From sequence record ON287376.1: a stretch of 64,000 nt of DNA, one strand, 5' to 3'. Of this stretch, positions 48,273-58,402 are shown piece by piece. The notes beneath the pieces are model-generated. The model did not search any database. It saw only the letters and a list, made by a program, of their open reading frames with translations, and was not told the DNA's origin. The translations under genes were made by a program, and so were the position numbers. Positions within the stretch are counted from its first letter, which is position 1, and each line of letters opens with the position of its first letter.

Positions 48273-49598
48273 ATGAGCGCAGAGAACAAAAAGAAACTGA
48301 CTACGATCTATAAAGAGATCATGATCGCATTAGGTTTCGAAGTTGATTCCAAGATGCACGTACTGCTGAACGAGGCCGGGGTGAAAACCCCGTTCACGAT
48401 CAAAGGTAAGCAACTGATCATCCCGACCGATGAGTGGTTGAAGAATCCGGACTACGATAACCAGATCCCGTTCCATCCTCTGTCTGAGAACGTACGTCGT
48501 AAGAAATCCGAAGTCCAGGAACGTCTGGCGCTGGCGGTTTCTAATCGGGTATATCGCGTAACCTGCACTCTGCTGAACTTCATCTTCACGCTGGCGCTGG
48601 ATACTGACAAACACCCGCAGTTGACTCCGGAACAACGTGAGTATCTGCGCGACGTGCCGGACGTGACCAAGAAGACGCTGACTGCGGTGCAGAAGCTGAT
48701 CCAGGAGAAAGTAGACTTCAAAGGTCAGTATGCCCTGGTCAACATGTTCGTGAAACGTAGCGGCCTGTGGAAGGGTGAGGAATATCCTCGTGTCTGTACG
48801 ACCACCTTCCCGATCATGGACGAAGAGCATTCTCCGGAAAAGAAAATCTTCGACGTACCGTTCCTGGTTCGCGATCGCAGTACCTTCTTCAAAGTGATGC
48901 GTCGGATCTTCCCGAACATCGATACTTCCATGGACGACTATTCTTACGGTAGCCGTTCTCAGGTAGCGCCAAACTTCCACAGTCTGATGATGGCGTTCTC
49001 TCTGCTGGCCAATGACCTGAACAAGGTCACCAAAGTATTCTGCGAAGACTTCGCGGAGCTGGAAGGTTGCATCATCCAGACTAACTGGGTGAAAAACATG
49101 GCCGACCTGAACGACTACAAAAACGATATCCCGCCACTGGACGGTAATATCGGTGAAGCGAATGAAGATGAACTCGCTGAGATGAAGTCTCGTCAGGAAG
49201 AGAAAGTGAAACGTGAAGAGCGTCGTACTCTGCGTCGTGAAGTGTCTGCAGGTCGCCAGAGTATCCTGCGTCCTCGCGACGAAGGTAACCGCTTCGTGCG
49301 TCAGGAAGAAAGTCGTGAAGATGAAAGAACTGTTAGCTGGCGTGGTCGCGCTGGTCGGGACGACGATCGCGGATATGATCGTGAAGATCGTTATCGCGAT
49401 CGTCGTGATGATCGCTACGACGATCGTGATCGTGGCCGGGATAGCCGTTATCGTGATGAACGTGATGACCGCGGATTCGGTCGTCGAGACGACCGGTATA
49501 GCCGTGAAGACCGGTTCAGTCGCGATGATCGCCGAGATACTCGCGGCGGTAATGACGATTCCTGGTTCGACAACGTAAGTACTCGTCGCCGTTGGTAA
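48273..49598 (+). CDS. conserved core protein (phiKZ gp70 position) with Arg/Asp-rich low-complexity tail
   Basis: 441 aa; roughly the last 130 aa are dominated by R, D, E, G and Y. Confidence 0.7.
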   Translation: MSAENKKKLTTIYKEIMIALGFEVDSKMHVLLNEAGVKTPFTIKGKQLIIPTDEWLKNPDYDNQIPFHPLSENVRRKKSEVQERLALAVSNRVYRVTCTLLNFIFTLALDTDKHPQLTPEQREYLRDVPDVTKKTLTAVQKLIQEKVDFKGQYALVNMFVKRSGLWKGEEYPRVCTTTFPIMDEEHSPEKKIFDVPFLVRDRSTFFKVMRRIFPNIDTSMDDYSYGSRSQVAPNFHSLMMAFSLLANDLNKVTKVFCEDFAELEGCIIQTNWVKNMADLNDYKNDIPPLDGNIGEANEDELAEMKSRQEEKVKREERRTLRREVSAGRQSILRPRDEGNRFVRQEESREDERTVSWRGRAGRDDDRGYDREDRYRDRRDDRYDDRDRGRDSRYRDERDDRGFGRRDDRYSREDRFSRDDRRDTRGGNDDSWFDNVSTRRRW

Positions 49599-49606
49599 GT
49601 TAAGCA

Positions 49607-49638
49607 TAGAGGAGGGGTAAAACCCTCCTCCCTATTTT
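49607..49638 (+). terminator. intrinsic terminator
   Basis: gaggaggg-gtaaaa-ccctcctc followed by cctatttt. Confidence 0.75.
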
Positions 49639-49651
49639 GTTCGAGGAAACT

Positions 49652-49861
49652 ATGTCTGGATGTAAAGAAGTTAGCGGTATTGTGAAAGAAGCTGTTCTGT
49701 TATACGGGGAAGTTCTTGAGCTATCTCTGTGGCGCCAGGTTCAGGTTGCAAAAGAGAAATCGATTGACGATGAAACTATCGCAGCCGTATTGGATATCTC
49801 GGTTGAAGAAGTCCAACAGTATTCCAACTCCACCGAAGCAGAAGTCGTTCGTTGGTTCTGA
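49652..49861 (+). CDS. small HTH-like protein
   Basis: IDDETIAAVLDISVEEVQQY helix-turn-helix pattern; SD gagga. Confidence 0.55.
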   Translation: MSGCKEVSGIVKEAVLLYGEVLELSLWRQVQVAKEKSIDDETIAAVLDISVEEVQQYSNSTEAEVVRWF

Positions 49862-49962
49862 CATAGCCCTCTCTACCTATTAAGGTAGAGAGGGGATCTA
49901 TGTTTAGTCGATTTATTTTTTACGTAAATAGGTCGCAATTTACGCCGGCTACACTTGATTTG

Positions 49963-50310
49963 TTAACTGGCTTTAAAGGCCAAATACTTTTCCATCAGGG
50001 TTTCAATCTTACCATCTTTAGGGATGAGTATCTCATGCCAATTCTCATCGAACTGAATCGGTGAGGTCATGTTATTAACTCTGAGGATCGTGTAGTAGTA
50101 CTCCGGTTTATTGGCGTTCACTACATCGCGAAGGAATGCATAAAAGCGGCCGTAATAGCGGTGAGCTTCCATCCCGCTGACTTTGTGAAGATTAGAGTTT
50201 GCCGGATCTTGGAGCCACTGCAGATGATCTTCTACGATATTGTAGAACCCGCGTTCGTAGTAGATAGCTGGCCCAGGATTATTCATTGCGTCGATTAAGT
50301 TAGTCGCCAT
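49963..50310 (-). CDS. conserved small protein (possible baseplate/LysM-like)
   Basis: ILRVNNMTSP..F...W..I.IP pattern; minus-strand gene inside the RNAP block. Confidence 0.5.
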   Translation of the reverse strand: MATNLIDAMNNPGPAIYYERGFYNIVEDHLQWLQDPANSNLHKVSGMEAHRYYGRFYAFLRDVVNANKPEYYYTILRVNNMTSPIQFDENWHEILIPKDGKIETLMEKYLAFKAS

Positions 50311-50337
50311 GATGATTTCCTAAAATGATTTCATGTA

Positions 50338-50355
50338 TATATTACCTAAATGATA
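50338..50355 (+). promoter_or_regulatory. early promoter upstream of nvRNAP beta
   Basis: aaatgatttca-tgta-tatattac-ctaa-atgata. Confidence 0.7.
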
Positions 50356-50430
50356 GGTAAATCAAAACAAAAGAAAGGTGTTGGTTTAAAAGCCAACACC
50401 AGTATTATTCACTATTCCATCGAGGAGCGT

Positions 50431-52680
50431 ATGACTGAATATCAGATGTCGGAACTAGAGCAAGGACAAGTGGACGTAAGGGTAGCGGGAACAGCGACCA
50501 ACTTGGCACCGTATGCTCCGTGTACATCTCCAAGTCGTCTGGTGATGTTAGGTTCTCAGATTCAGCAGAAGCTGTTGACCAAAGGACTGAAGCGTCAACG
50601 ATTCTTCACCGGTGTTGAACACGAGTATGCCAAGTATACTTTTGGCGTTAAAGTGGACGAGCCGGTAGAGATCATCGCAGCAATCGATAAATATAACGTC
50701 GGGTTCGGTGAGCGTAGTTTCAAATATAACCCAACTCGGTATCTGTTCGTCTTCAACGTGAAGAAGCAAGAATATGACTTGATGGAAGTCACTAAGTATT
50801 GCTCTCATCACAATAACTTTGGTTTTGAGTTCGACATCAATGAAGAAGCGATGTTCCGTACTCAAGCGGGTAACGTACTTCAAGCAAATACCTGGTTGAC
50901 AAAAAGTCCTGGTGTTATGCCTGAGGGTGATTATATCTTCGGTACCCCAACCAAAACGGCGTTCATGTCGTCGCACTATGTTACCGAGGATGGTTTCATG
51001 GTGTCTCAGGAGTGGTGTGAGGAAAACACTACAACTGGCTATGGCGAGATTGTCATCAACGTACCTAAGGGTAAGTATCTGACTAACAGCTATGGGTCGA
51101 AAGGGTCGTATATTCCGTTCCCAGGTCCGGGTGATAAAATCCGTCCAGATGGACTGATTGCATCTCTTCGGGATTATGATGATATCCTGGGTGCGGTAGA
51201 GATGACCGAAGACGCCATGGGTACAGTGGATCACTTCTTCGATGAGCGTTATTACATCGAGGCGGGTTCTCTGAATGCCCGTGTACTGGATGTCGATATC
51301 TGGTGTACTGACGGCGACGGCGTTGATAAGATGCCGACGTTTGAAGCCACTGGTCCGAATGAGTCTGACTATATCGACAAGTTCTGGAAAGCTAAGCAGA
51401 AGTTCCACAAGCAAGTAGATGCTGCCTATACGCTGATCAAGAACCGTAGCCGTGGGAAACCTCGTCTGAGCCGTGCACTTCATCGGTTCATTACAGACTC
51501 CCGTGACTTCATGCTGACCAAACCAGGGAAGCGTCGTTATCGTTACAAGAACACTCCGATCCCAACGGTGCGTATTGCGATTCGTTTCATGTACGATATC
51601 GTGCCGACGATCGGTTTCAAATTAACCAATATGTACGGTGGCAAGGGCGTAATCTGTCGCATTAAACCGCGTTCGGAGATGCCAACTTATCCTGATGGTA
51701 CAGTTGCTGATTTCATCGGCGATGGCTTAAGTACTATCAACCGTATGAACCCGTCGGTCTTGTTCGAGCATTACATGAACTATAAGGCCGAAGAGGTTGA
51801 GAAGAAAGTCCGGGACTTCGTTGATCAGGATCGTTGGGAAGATGCCTTCGATATTCTGATGACGTATTATCGGGCAGGTGTTCCGCTGTATTACAACAAG
51901 ATCGTTTCTCAGAACTGGTCGGAGAAGCGTCGTCGTGAGCATGTGAAAGCTGTCTATGACGATAAGATCTTTGCGTATATGCCGCCGAATACTCCTGGGT
52001 TAGGTATTGAGCAAATTGGTCGGGTTGAAGATGCGTTACCTTCTAAGGTAGAGCATGTAACCTGGATCGGTGATTTGGGTCGTGAAGAACGTAGTGTTGA
52101 TCCGGTAATGATCGGCGACATGTATATCATGGTGCTCGAGAAAACTGGTCACGACTGGTCTGCAGTCGATGTACCGAAACGTCAGGTACACGGCGTTCCA
52201 ACTAAGGTGAGTGCTCGCGATAAGCACAACTTACCGTATCGTCAGTCTCCGCTCCGATTCTTCGGTGAAGCAGAGATCCGTAACTATTCAGGTATCCTGG
52301 GTGGTGACTGGGCTGCCGATATGTTGGATCGTGCAAACAACCCGAAAGCTCAAGAAGCAATCTGGAAACAGGTTATCGAGAATGAACGTCCAACCGATCT
52401 GGACATCACTATCGATCGTAATCAGATCCCAGTAGGCAACTCGTTGTCTCTGAGTTATCTGAACAATGCGATGTATTGTAACGGCGCTCAGTTCGCATAT
52501 GCTGAAGTCGATACTGCATCGGATCTGGAAATCGAGATGCTTCGTAAATACCCTGATCCAATCAACCGCCCACGGGTAAGTTCATTGGCTAAGTCCTTGG
52601 AAGAAGTCGTCGAGGATGAGGACGAAGAAGAGTACATTGAACCTGAAGCTGACTACGACGATGAAGGTGAAGAAGAGTGA
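50431..52680 (+). CDS. non-virion RNA polymerase beta C-terminal subunit (phiKZ gp71-73-like), uninterrupted
   Basis: SPSRL.MLGSQ.QQ, GF..S, GDKIRPDG, GFKLTNMYGGKGVI, GD.YIMVLEK, RFFGEAE; SD gaggag before ATG 50431. Confidence 0.9.
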   Translation: MTEYQMSELEQGQVDVRVAGTATNLAPYAPCTSPSRLVMLGSQIQQKLLTKGLKRQRFFTGVEHEYAKYTFGVKVDEPVEIIAAIDKYNVGFGERSFKYNPTRYLFVFNVKKQEYDLMEVTKYCSHHNNFGFEFDINEEAMFRTQAGNVLQANTWLTKSPGVMPEGDYIFGTPTKTAFMSSHYVTEDGFMVSQEWCEENTTTGYGEIVINVPKGKYLTNSYGSKGSYIPFPGPGDKIRPDGLIASLRDYDDILGAVEMTEDAMGTVDHFFDERYYIEAGSLNARVLDVDIWCTDGDGVDKMPTFEATGPNESDYIDKFWKAKQKFHKQVDAAYTLIKNRSRGKPRLSRALHRFITDSRDFMLTKPGKRRYRYKNTPIPTVRIAIRFMYDIVPTIGFKLTNMYGGKGVICRIKPRSEMPTYPDGTVADFIGDGLSTINRMNPSVLFEHYMNYKAEEVEKKVRDFVDQDRWEDAFDILMTYYRAGVPLYYNKIVSQNWSEKRRREHVKAVYDDKIFAYMPPNTPGLGIEQIGRVEDALPSKVEHVTWIGDLGREERSVDPVMIGDMYIMVLEKTGHDWSAVDVPKRQVHGVPTKVSARDKHNLPYRQSPLRFFGEAEIRNYSGILGGDWAADMLDRANNPKAQEAIWKQVIENERPTDLDITIDRNQIPVGNSLSLSYLNNAMYCNGAQFAYAEVDTASDLEIEMLRKYPDPINRPRVSSLAKSLEEVVEDEDEEEYIEPEADYDDEGEEE

Positions 52681-54668
52681 AAACCCGTTACGCTCGTGAA
52701 TTAGTTAACTGGCAAGAACGTGAGATCTGGGCACACGCAGAAGACCCAGAGGAATTCATTATCGTCTTTGATGATGGTGAGTTACCAACTCATTGGGAAC
52801 AGGTTTTAGTATCCTGGTATTTCTGGCAGTATCATCGGGAATATCCGAACGTACCATTGGAACTGAAACACTTCCTTTGGGACGATCGTCTGGAACCTGG
52901 CATGGAAGACAAGCTCCGTAACCGCGGCATGAACTCTGTTCTAGCGGTGCATCCGGAAACCGATCGTGAAGATCTGCAAGCGACTGCATATCGGTTGTCT
53001 AACATGCTTCACAACGCATTCTCGTCTGAAGGGGAAAGTTATCAGGCTTCTGTAGATGCGCTGGCGTTGTTGCAAATCCACAGAGATCCGGATATCTCTA
53101 AAGCGTTGAACGAAACCCGCCACACCAAGGCGGGGATTAACGAACTGTACTCTCGTATCAATAAGGTCTTGATGGATAAACCGAGTCTTCGGTTCAATCC
53201 GATGGTTGCAGCTAACCGCAACAAACAAATCAAGATCGCTCAGTTTGACCAGGTAGTCGGTGCCAGGGGATTCTGTTCTGAGATCGATCAGACCATTTTC
53301 CCAACCATGGTATCGTCTGGGTTCTCTCGCGGTCTGCATCGGTTGTCTCATTATCTGATGTGTAGTCGAGATGCATCTAAAGCGATGCAAGCAACCGATG
53401 ACCCGGTAAAACAAACCGAGTATTATAACCGAGAGCTGCAGCTCTTTACGTTCGTCGTGAAAAGTATCTGGGTTGGTGACTGTGGTTCCACCGAGACAGT
53501 TCCGTGGTTAGTGGAAGCTGATGAGCTGGATACAATCCTGCCAGGGAAACGATATGTAGCAGAAGACGGCACGTTGAAGATGATCAAGCCGAGCGATCGT
53601 CATCTCCGTGGTAAAGTCATTCAGCTGCGTAACGTAGCCAGCTGTTGGCATCCGGACGATGGGGTAATCTGTAGCACCTGTATGGGTGATATCGGTGAGT
53701 CCATCCAGCGCGGTACCAACCTCGGCCATGCCTGTACTGTAACTCAGAACGAACGTGTATCTCAGGACGTAATCTCAACGAAGCACTTATTGATCTCAGC
53801 GACCAGTGAAGGCTTTGAAGTAGATCCGTTCTATTCGGAGTATCTGGTTAACGCCGGTGACATCTCCGAGATCATGTTCTCCACGGGTGTTTGGGATAAA
53901 CGCGTAGAGATCGAAATTGATCTGGCCGATATCCCTCGTCTGTCTGACATCACTGTAATGAAGAACCTGAGTAACGCAGAGCTGGCGCGCTTCTCTGTTA
54001 TTCGTAGTTTGACATTGCTGATCCATAACGACGATGAAGATAAGTCTATCACGACAGTCATCGTACCTACATCCCATGGCTCCTATCGTCCGTTCCTGAC
54101 GGAAGTGATGGTTAAGCACATGCTGGATTATGGTTATGAAACGTTAGGGAAGAAGATTAAGATCGACATGACTAACTGGGATAACACAGAGTCCATCCTG
54201 CGATTCCCAGAACGTCACCAATCTACCCTGGAGCTGATGGCTGAACTGAAGTCTGCATTGTTCATGTCTACCAAAGAATCGAAAGCCAAGCTGCGCTATG
54301 ACCTGACTGACCCGGACATTCTGTCCATGGCCATGAAGGACATGTGTGAGATGACTAACCGTAAGTTCTCGGTTAACTTGGCAATCGTCGAAATGGTACT
54401 CTATGCGATGATGTCTCGTGATCCTGCCAACGGCGATTATCGTCTGCCGAAGAAAGGAACTGGGCGTTGGTTTGACAGTAAATCTTCGATCATGAACGGG
54501 CGCTCCTTGTCTGTTAAGTCCAGTTACGAGCAGCAGTATGAAATGCTTCAGTCTGCGAGTAGTTACACGAACCCAGTAAGGGCAAATCATCCATTTGACC
54601 ATCTATTAGTAGACGTGGAACATTGGCGCCGTAAGCACCGTCGTAACGGTACTGAGATAAAGGCGTAA
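52677..54668 (+). CDS. non-virion RNA polymerase beta' C-terminal subunit (phiKZ gp74-like)
   Basis: DCGST, LR....CW...G.IC..C.G zinc site, SQDVISTKH; GTGA coupling. Confidence 0.88.
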   Translation: MKTRYARELVNWQEREIWAHAEDPEEFIIVFDDGELPTHWEQVLVSWYFWQYHREYPNVPLELKHFLWDDRLEPGMEDKLRNRGMNSVLAVHPETDREDLQATAYRLSNMLHNAFSSEGESYQASVDALALLQIHRDPDISKALNETRHTKAGINELYSRINKVLMDKPSLRFNPMVAANRNKQIKIAQFDQVVGARGFCSEIDQTIFPTMVSSGFSRGLHRLSHYLMCSRDASKAMQATDDPVKQTEYYNRELQLFTFVVKSIWVGDCGSTETVPWLVEADELDTILPGKRYVAEDGTLKMIKPSDRHLRGKVIQLRNVASCWHPDDGVICSTCMGDIGESIQRGTNLGHACTVTQNERVSQDVISTKHLLISATSEGFEVDPFYSEYLVNAGDISEIMFSTGVWDKRVEIEIDLADIPRLSDITVMKNLSNAELARFSVIRSLTLLIHNDDEDKSITTVIVPTSHGSYRPFLTEVMVKHMLDYGYETLGKKIKIDMTNWDNTESILRFPERHQSTLELMAELKSALFMSTKESKAKLRYDLTDPDILSMAMKDMCEMTNRKFSVNLAIVEMVLYAMMSRDPANGDYRLPKKGTGRWFDSKSSIMNGRSLSVKSSYEQQYEMLQSASSYTNPVRANHPFDHLLVDVEHWRRKHRRNGTEIKA

Positions 54669-54677
54669 TAACGTCAT

Positions 54678-54707
54678 AAGGGGAGCTTCGGCTCCCTTTC
54701 TTTTTTT
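54678..54707 (+). terminator. intrinsic terminator with UUCG loop
   Basis: aaggggagc-ttcg-gctcccttt followed by a T run. Confidence 0.85.
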
Positions 54708-54785
54708 GTTTTCACCATGAGGGAGGGCGTAAGAAAGCACGTATCCGCTTCTAGTTATGGAGCGATATTTTCTACGAGGACTGTT

Positions 54786-56303
54786 ATGGTAGAGTTTAAG
54801 ATCACTCGATACAGTCACTATTTCTCAGTGGCGGCGATAACTGCCAAGGCTCGCGGATTCCGTAGGTCTATAGCAGAGACGCTTATCGAGAGTAACCTAA
54901 CCAAGAAACGTGGACGCTTTGTCCAAGAGCAAAAAAGGATCTATGCTCGTCGTGACTTGGAAAGAGAAGAAATCTGTTTCCATGATAACCTCTGGGAAGA
55001 GTTCTATCAAAAGGCGATGTATGAGGGATTCAATGAAGACTCTTTTGAGATCGACGTTGTCCCGATGTATGAGCCCGTTAGATTCGACTTTGAGATCGAT
55101 GCTACCCCCTGGGAAGAGCAAGTTCCGATTATCGACTTTGGTCTGAGCGAAGGCAAGCAAAAGGTCATCACTGCCCAGGCTGGTTTCGGTAAGACGTTAT
55201 GTTCTCTCTATGTTGCTGCTAAGTTAGGGATGAGATTTGCAGTAGTTACATTGGGCGGCTATGAGGATCGTTGGGTACCCGAGTTCTATCGTTTACTTTC
55301 ACTTAAACCTGAAGAGGTTAGATCCTGCTGCGGTTGTGTTAAGTTGTATAAGCTGCTGAGGGAAGTGAAAGAGACGGGTATTCCAAACGTAAAGGCTATC
55401 TTCATCTCCACGGCTACTCTCCGAGACTTCTTTAAGAACTATCGGAATGGTAAGGTAGTCGGTACTGGATGTGAGGATATCGATCCTAAGGACATTTGGG
55501 AAGTACTGGGTGTTGGTCTACGTATTACGGATGAGGTTCACAAGGACTTCCATGCGAACTTCGTAGCTGACTTATATACTCACCTACCTAAAGCCATGTA
55601 CTTATCCGCTACACTGTTCTCTAACCAGGACTTCATGAAGCGGATGTACGAGGTTCTTCTGCCACGACATTCTCGTAAAGAGGGCGGTAAACTCAACGTC
55701 TATGTCGAAGCAGTTCGTGTTCTGTATCGTCTCAAAGACCCTAGTAAGGTTAGGTTCAATGGCGGACAAGGGAGTTATTCCCACACGGCTTATGAAGCGT
55801 GGATAATGAAAGATGCCGAAAGAGAAAAGAACTACATCGAAGCTATCTATAAGTACGCTTTGAATCAATGGGTTCTGAGTAAACTGGACGGCCACAAACT
55901 ACTGATCTTTGCTGCTACGATAGAGCTTTGTCAGAAAGTCAGGGACTTGTTACAACAACGACTACCTGACCTGATTATCAATAGTTATACGGCTGGTGAC
56001 GATTATCAGATTCTTCTGGATTCTGACATCATCGTTTCTACAATCGGTAAATCCGGTACTGCAGTAGATATTCCTGACTTGACTCAGGCTATCATGACCG
56101 TAGCTATCGATTCACCGAATGCTAACGTTCAGGCGTTGGGTCGTTTACGTGAACTGAAGGGTGACAAGAAGTTCCCTCAGATCTTCCATTACTTTGTCTG
56201 TATGGATATTCAGAAACAGATCGACTATGCCAAGAGTAAGGAACGGCTGTTCAGCAATCGTGTAACGAAAGTTAGGACAGAACACTTACCTGGTGTCATT
56301 TGA
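54786..56303 (+). CDS. superfamily 2 (DExH) helicase, phiKZ gp75-like
   Basis: Walker A AQAGFGKT, DEVH, motif III SAT, motif V GTAVDIP, motif VI QALGRLR; SD gagga before ATG 54786. Confidence 0.9.
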   Translation: MVEFKITRYSHYFSVAAITAKARGFRRSIAETLIESNLTKKRGRFVQEQKRIYARRDLEREEICFHDNLWEEFYQKAMYEGFNEDSFEIDVVPMYEPVRFDFEIDATPWEEQVPIIDFGLSEGKQKVITAQAGFGKTLCSLYVAAKLGMRFAVVTLGGYEDRWVPEFYRLLSLKPEEVRSCCGCVKLYKLLREVKETGIPNVKAIFISTATLRDFFKNYRNGKVVGTGCEDIDPKDIWEVLGVGLRITDEVHKDFHANFVADLYTHLPKAMYLSATLFSNQDFMKRMYEVLLPRHSRKEGGKLNVYVEAVRVLYRLKDPSKVRFNGGQGSYSHTAYEAWIMKDAEREKNYIEAIYKYALNQWVLSKLDGHKLLIFAATIELCQKVRDLLQQRLPDLIINSYTAGDDYQILLDSDIIVSTIGKSGTAVDIPDLTQAIMTVAIDSPNANVQALGRLRELKGDKKFPQIFHYFVCMDIQKQIDYAKSKERLFSNRVTKVRTEHLPGVI

Positions 56304-56355
56304 ATCATAGGCGGAGGGGAAACCCTCCGATCTATTTTGTTTTAGGAGAAATACG

Positions 56356-56847
56356 ATGTTCGATTATGTTGAATGTAATGATGCTAACCAATTCTTTATT
56401 CTGGCTTCGGAAAACAGCTTACATCTCCCTCGTGGGATTATGATGCGTACTATCAGAAGCGCTGCCGATGAAGCTGATTATAGTTTCAAAGGCGTCTTAG
56501 TTTACGCTAATGGTAAATGTTGTGCGCTCGGTTGTATTACCAGGAAGAAGCCAGAGGCTGCGTACCGTCTTATGCTTTACGTAAAGACCTGGTTACGTGG
56601 CATGGGTATCGGCTATGAATTAGTCCGGCAGTTAATCAAAGCGGCAGAAGGTCGTCGCGTATTCTGTTTTCCTTGGGATAGCAGAAGCGTTATCTTCTAT
56701 CGTAAATGCGTCGATAAAGAAATCGTTACGTTAGATAACTTCCAGGCGTATGAACGAAGATTAGTTAGCGACGAAAGTCTTCAATGGACTTTAGGCTCGG
56801 GGGATAATAATGGCAATCGTAAGGGTGTTGAAGTCCAACGTATTTGA
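56356..56847 (+). CDS. GNAT-family acetyltransferase
   Basis: Motif [17 protein letters not shown] and A/S..FY motif B; SD aggag. Confidence 0.75.
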   Translation: MFDYVECNDANQFFILASENSLHLPRGIMMRTIRSAADEADYSFKGVLVYANGKCCALGCITRKKPEAAYRLMLYVKTWLRGMGIGYELVRQLIKAAEGRRVFCFPWDSRSVIFYRKCVDKEIVTLDNFQAYERRLVSDESLQWTLGSGDNNGNRKGVEVQRI

Positions 56848-57265
56848 AAGTGATCGGGAGATCATCGGAGTTACAGTTAACTGCGTCGGTGTTGCCGGGG
56901 CGGGGAATGCTAAAGAATGGAAGGAGCGCTATCCTGAGCAATATGCCAGGTACAATGCGCTATGTCGTAAAGGTAAGTTTTTCCCTGGTAGTCTCTTGTT
57001 GATGCCAACTAACGACGGGTCTGGTAAAAAGATCCTCCTGATGGCGACCAAGAAACACTGGAAAGATAAATCTGAAATGGAGTGGGTGGCTCGTATATTC
57101 TCGGCGCTGGCGGCACGATGTGAGGAGTTTAACATCGACGAGCTGGCTATACCTTATCCCGGCTGCGGCCATGGCGGATTGAAACGTAGTGAGGTCTTCG
57201 ATGTCATTCACAAGGCTATGGAAGATACGCTAGTAGAAATCGATCTGCACGACTATCGTTCTTAA
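56810..57265 (+). CDS. macrodomain ADP-ribosyl hydrolase, DarG-like
   Basis: [18 protein letters not shown]...[14 protein letters not shown]. Confidence 0.85.
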   Translation: MAIVRVLKSNVFESDREIIGVTVNCVGVAGAGNAKEWKERYPEQYARYNALCRKGKFFPGSLLLMPTNDGSGKKILLMATKKHWKDKSEMEWVARIFSALAARCEEFNIDELAIPYPGCGHGGLKRSEVFDVIHKAMEDTLVEIDLHDYRS

Positions 57266-57326
57266 ACAACAAACGAGTAGGGCAAACGCCCTACTCTATT
57301 CACAATCGCTTACAGGGCGTCTAATC

Positions 57327-58385
57327 ATGGGTTATTACTCAGTCCTTATCTTCTTTCCTGGTTTATTAATTATTCTGGGATCTAAGTATTTCTTTCCTCG
57401 TCAAATTACCGGGAAGGAGTTCATGGTTCAGTTGGGGTGTCTTGTTGTCTCGACTGCTATAGCGACTGCAGCATTGTCTGCCGGTCAGTTATACAAGACA
57501 TCTGATTTCAATATCCTAAACGGCGTAGTTACCGATAAGAAGCGGGTAGAAGTTTCATGCGAACATCAGTACCAGTGCGACGAAATATGCTCAGGTACTG
57601 GTAAAAATCGAAGCTGTACTCCAGTCTATTGCGATGAGCACGATAACGACTGGGATTACAATGTCTACACCACCGTCGGTAAGTTTGAAATAAAACGACT
57701 GGATGATCAGGGAGCTCGTACACCGCCTCGTTGGTTGGCGGCTAAGATTGGCGAGCCCGCTGCAAAAGTAGAATCGGTCACCAACTATACGTTAATCGAT
57801 GATGAACGTTATAAGGCTGAGGAAGCGAGTGAACTTAAGTACAAGGGTAAGTTACCTGATTATCCTAAGACTGAGGATTACTATCGCTATAATCGTATCG
57901 TAAATACCACTCCGTTCTCGTTCGGTTATTTGAACAACTACCTCAATCGAATGCTGATTGAATACGGTGCGAAGAAACAACTGAATGTTATCCTGGTTAT
58001 TACCGAAAATGATCCTGACTACTGGAAGGCACTTCGTAGCCACTGGAAAGGGGTTCGGAAAAACGATGTTGTATTAGTTTACGGTATCGGGGATAATAAT
58101 GAGATCAAATGGTTCGAAGCAGAGACATTCGCTGACGGGGAAGGTAATCGTAGATTGATTACTGATCTGGAAGGGATGGCGCGGAACAATCGTTTGGGTT
58201 ACGATCTTGTACATCAGCAGTTTGAACATATCGTTACCGAGTATGTCCGTAAACCGAACGCCGAGTTCGCGTATATGGCCAGTAATTACTCTCCGCCTAT
58301 TTGGTGGATTGTTCTAATCATTTTCATCAACATGCTCGTCACTGGTGGCGTGGCTATATACTTCAAAGACAACAGAGTCTTTTAA
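57327..58385 (+). CDS. membrane protein (2 N-terminal TMs, large extracytoplasmic domain with Cys motif, 1 C-terminal TM)
   Basis: Hydrophobic termini; SCEH.YQC...C...C.P.YC.EH..D.DW. Confidence 0.7.
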   Translation: MGYYSVLIFFPGLLIILGSKYFFPRQITGKEFMVQLGCLVVSTAIATAALSAGQLYKTSDFNILNGVVTDKKRVEVSCEHQYQCDEICSGTGKNRSCTPVYCDEHDNDWDYNVYTTVGKFEIKRLDDQGARTPPRWLAAKIGEPAAKVESVTNYTLIDDERYKAEEASELKYKGKLPDYPKTEDYYRYNRIVNTTPFSFGYLNNYLNRMLIEYGAKKQLNVILVITENDPDYWKALRSHWKGVRKNDVVLVYGIGDNNEIKWFEAETFADGEGNRRLITDLEGMARNNRLGYDLVHQQFEHIVTEYVRKPNAEFAYMASNYSPPIWWIVLIIFINMLVTGGVAIYFKDNRVF

Positions 58386-58402
58386 TTAAGGAATAAAATA
58401 CC

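Noticed and set aside
36550-54668. Phage nucleus system (chimallin, PhuZ, PicA, nvRNAP) as the novel system
   Set aside because: It is already well described; it is reported as features, not as a discovery.
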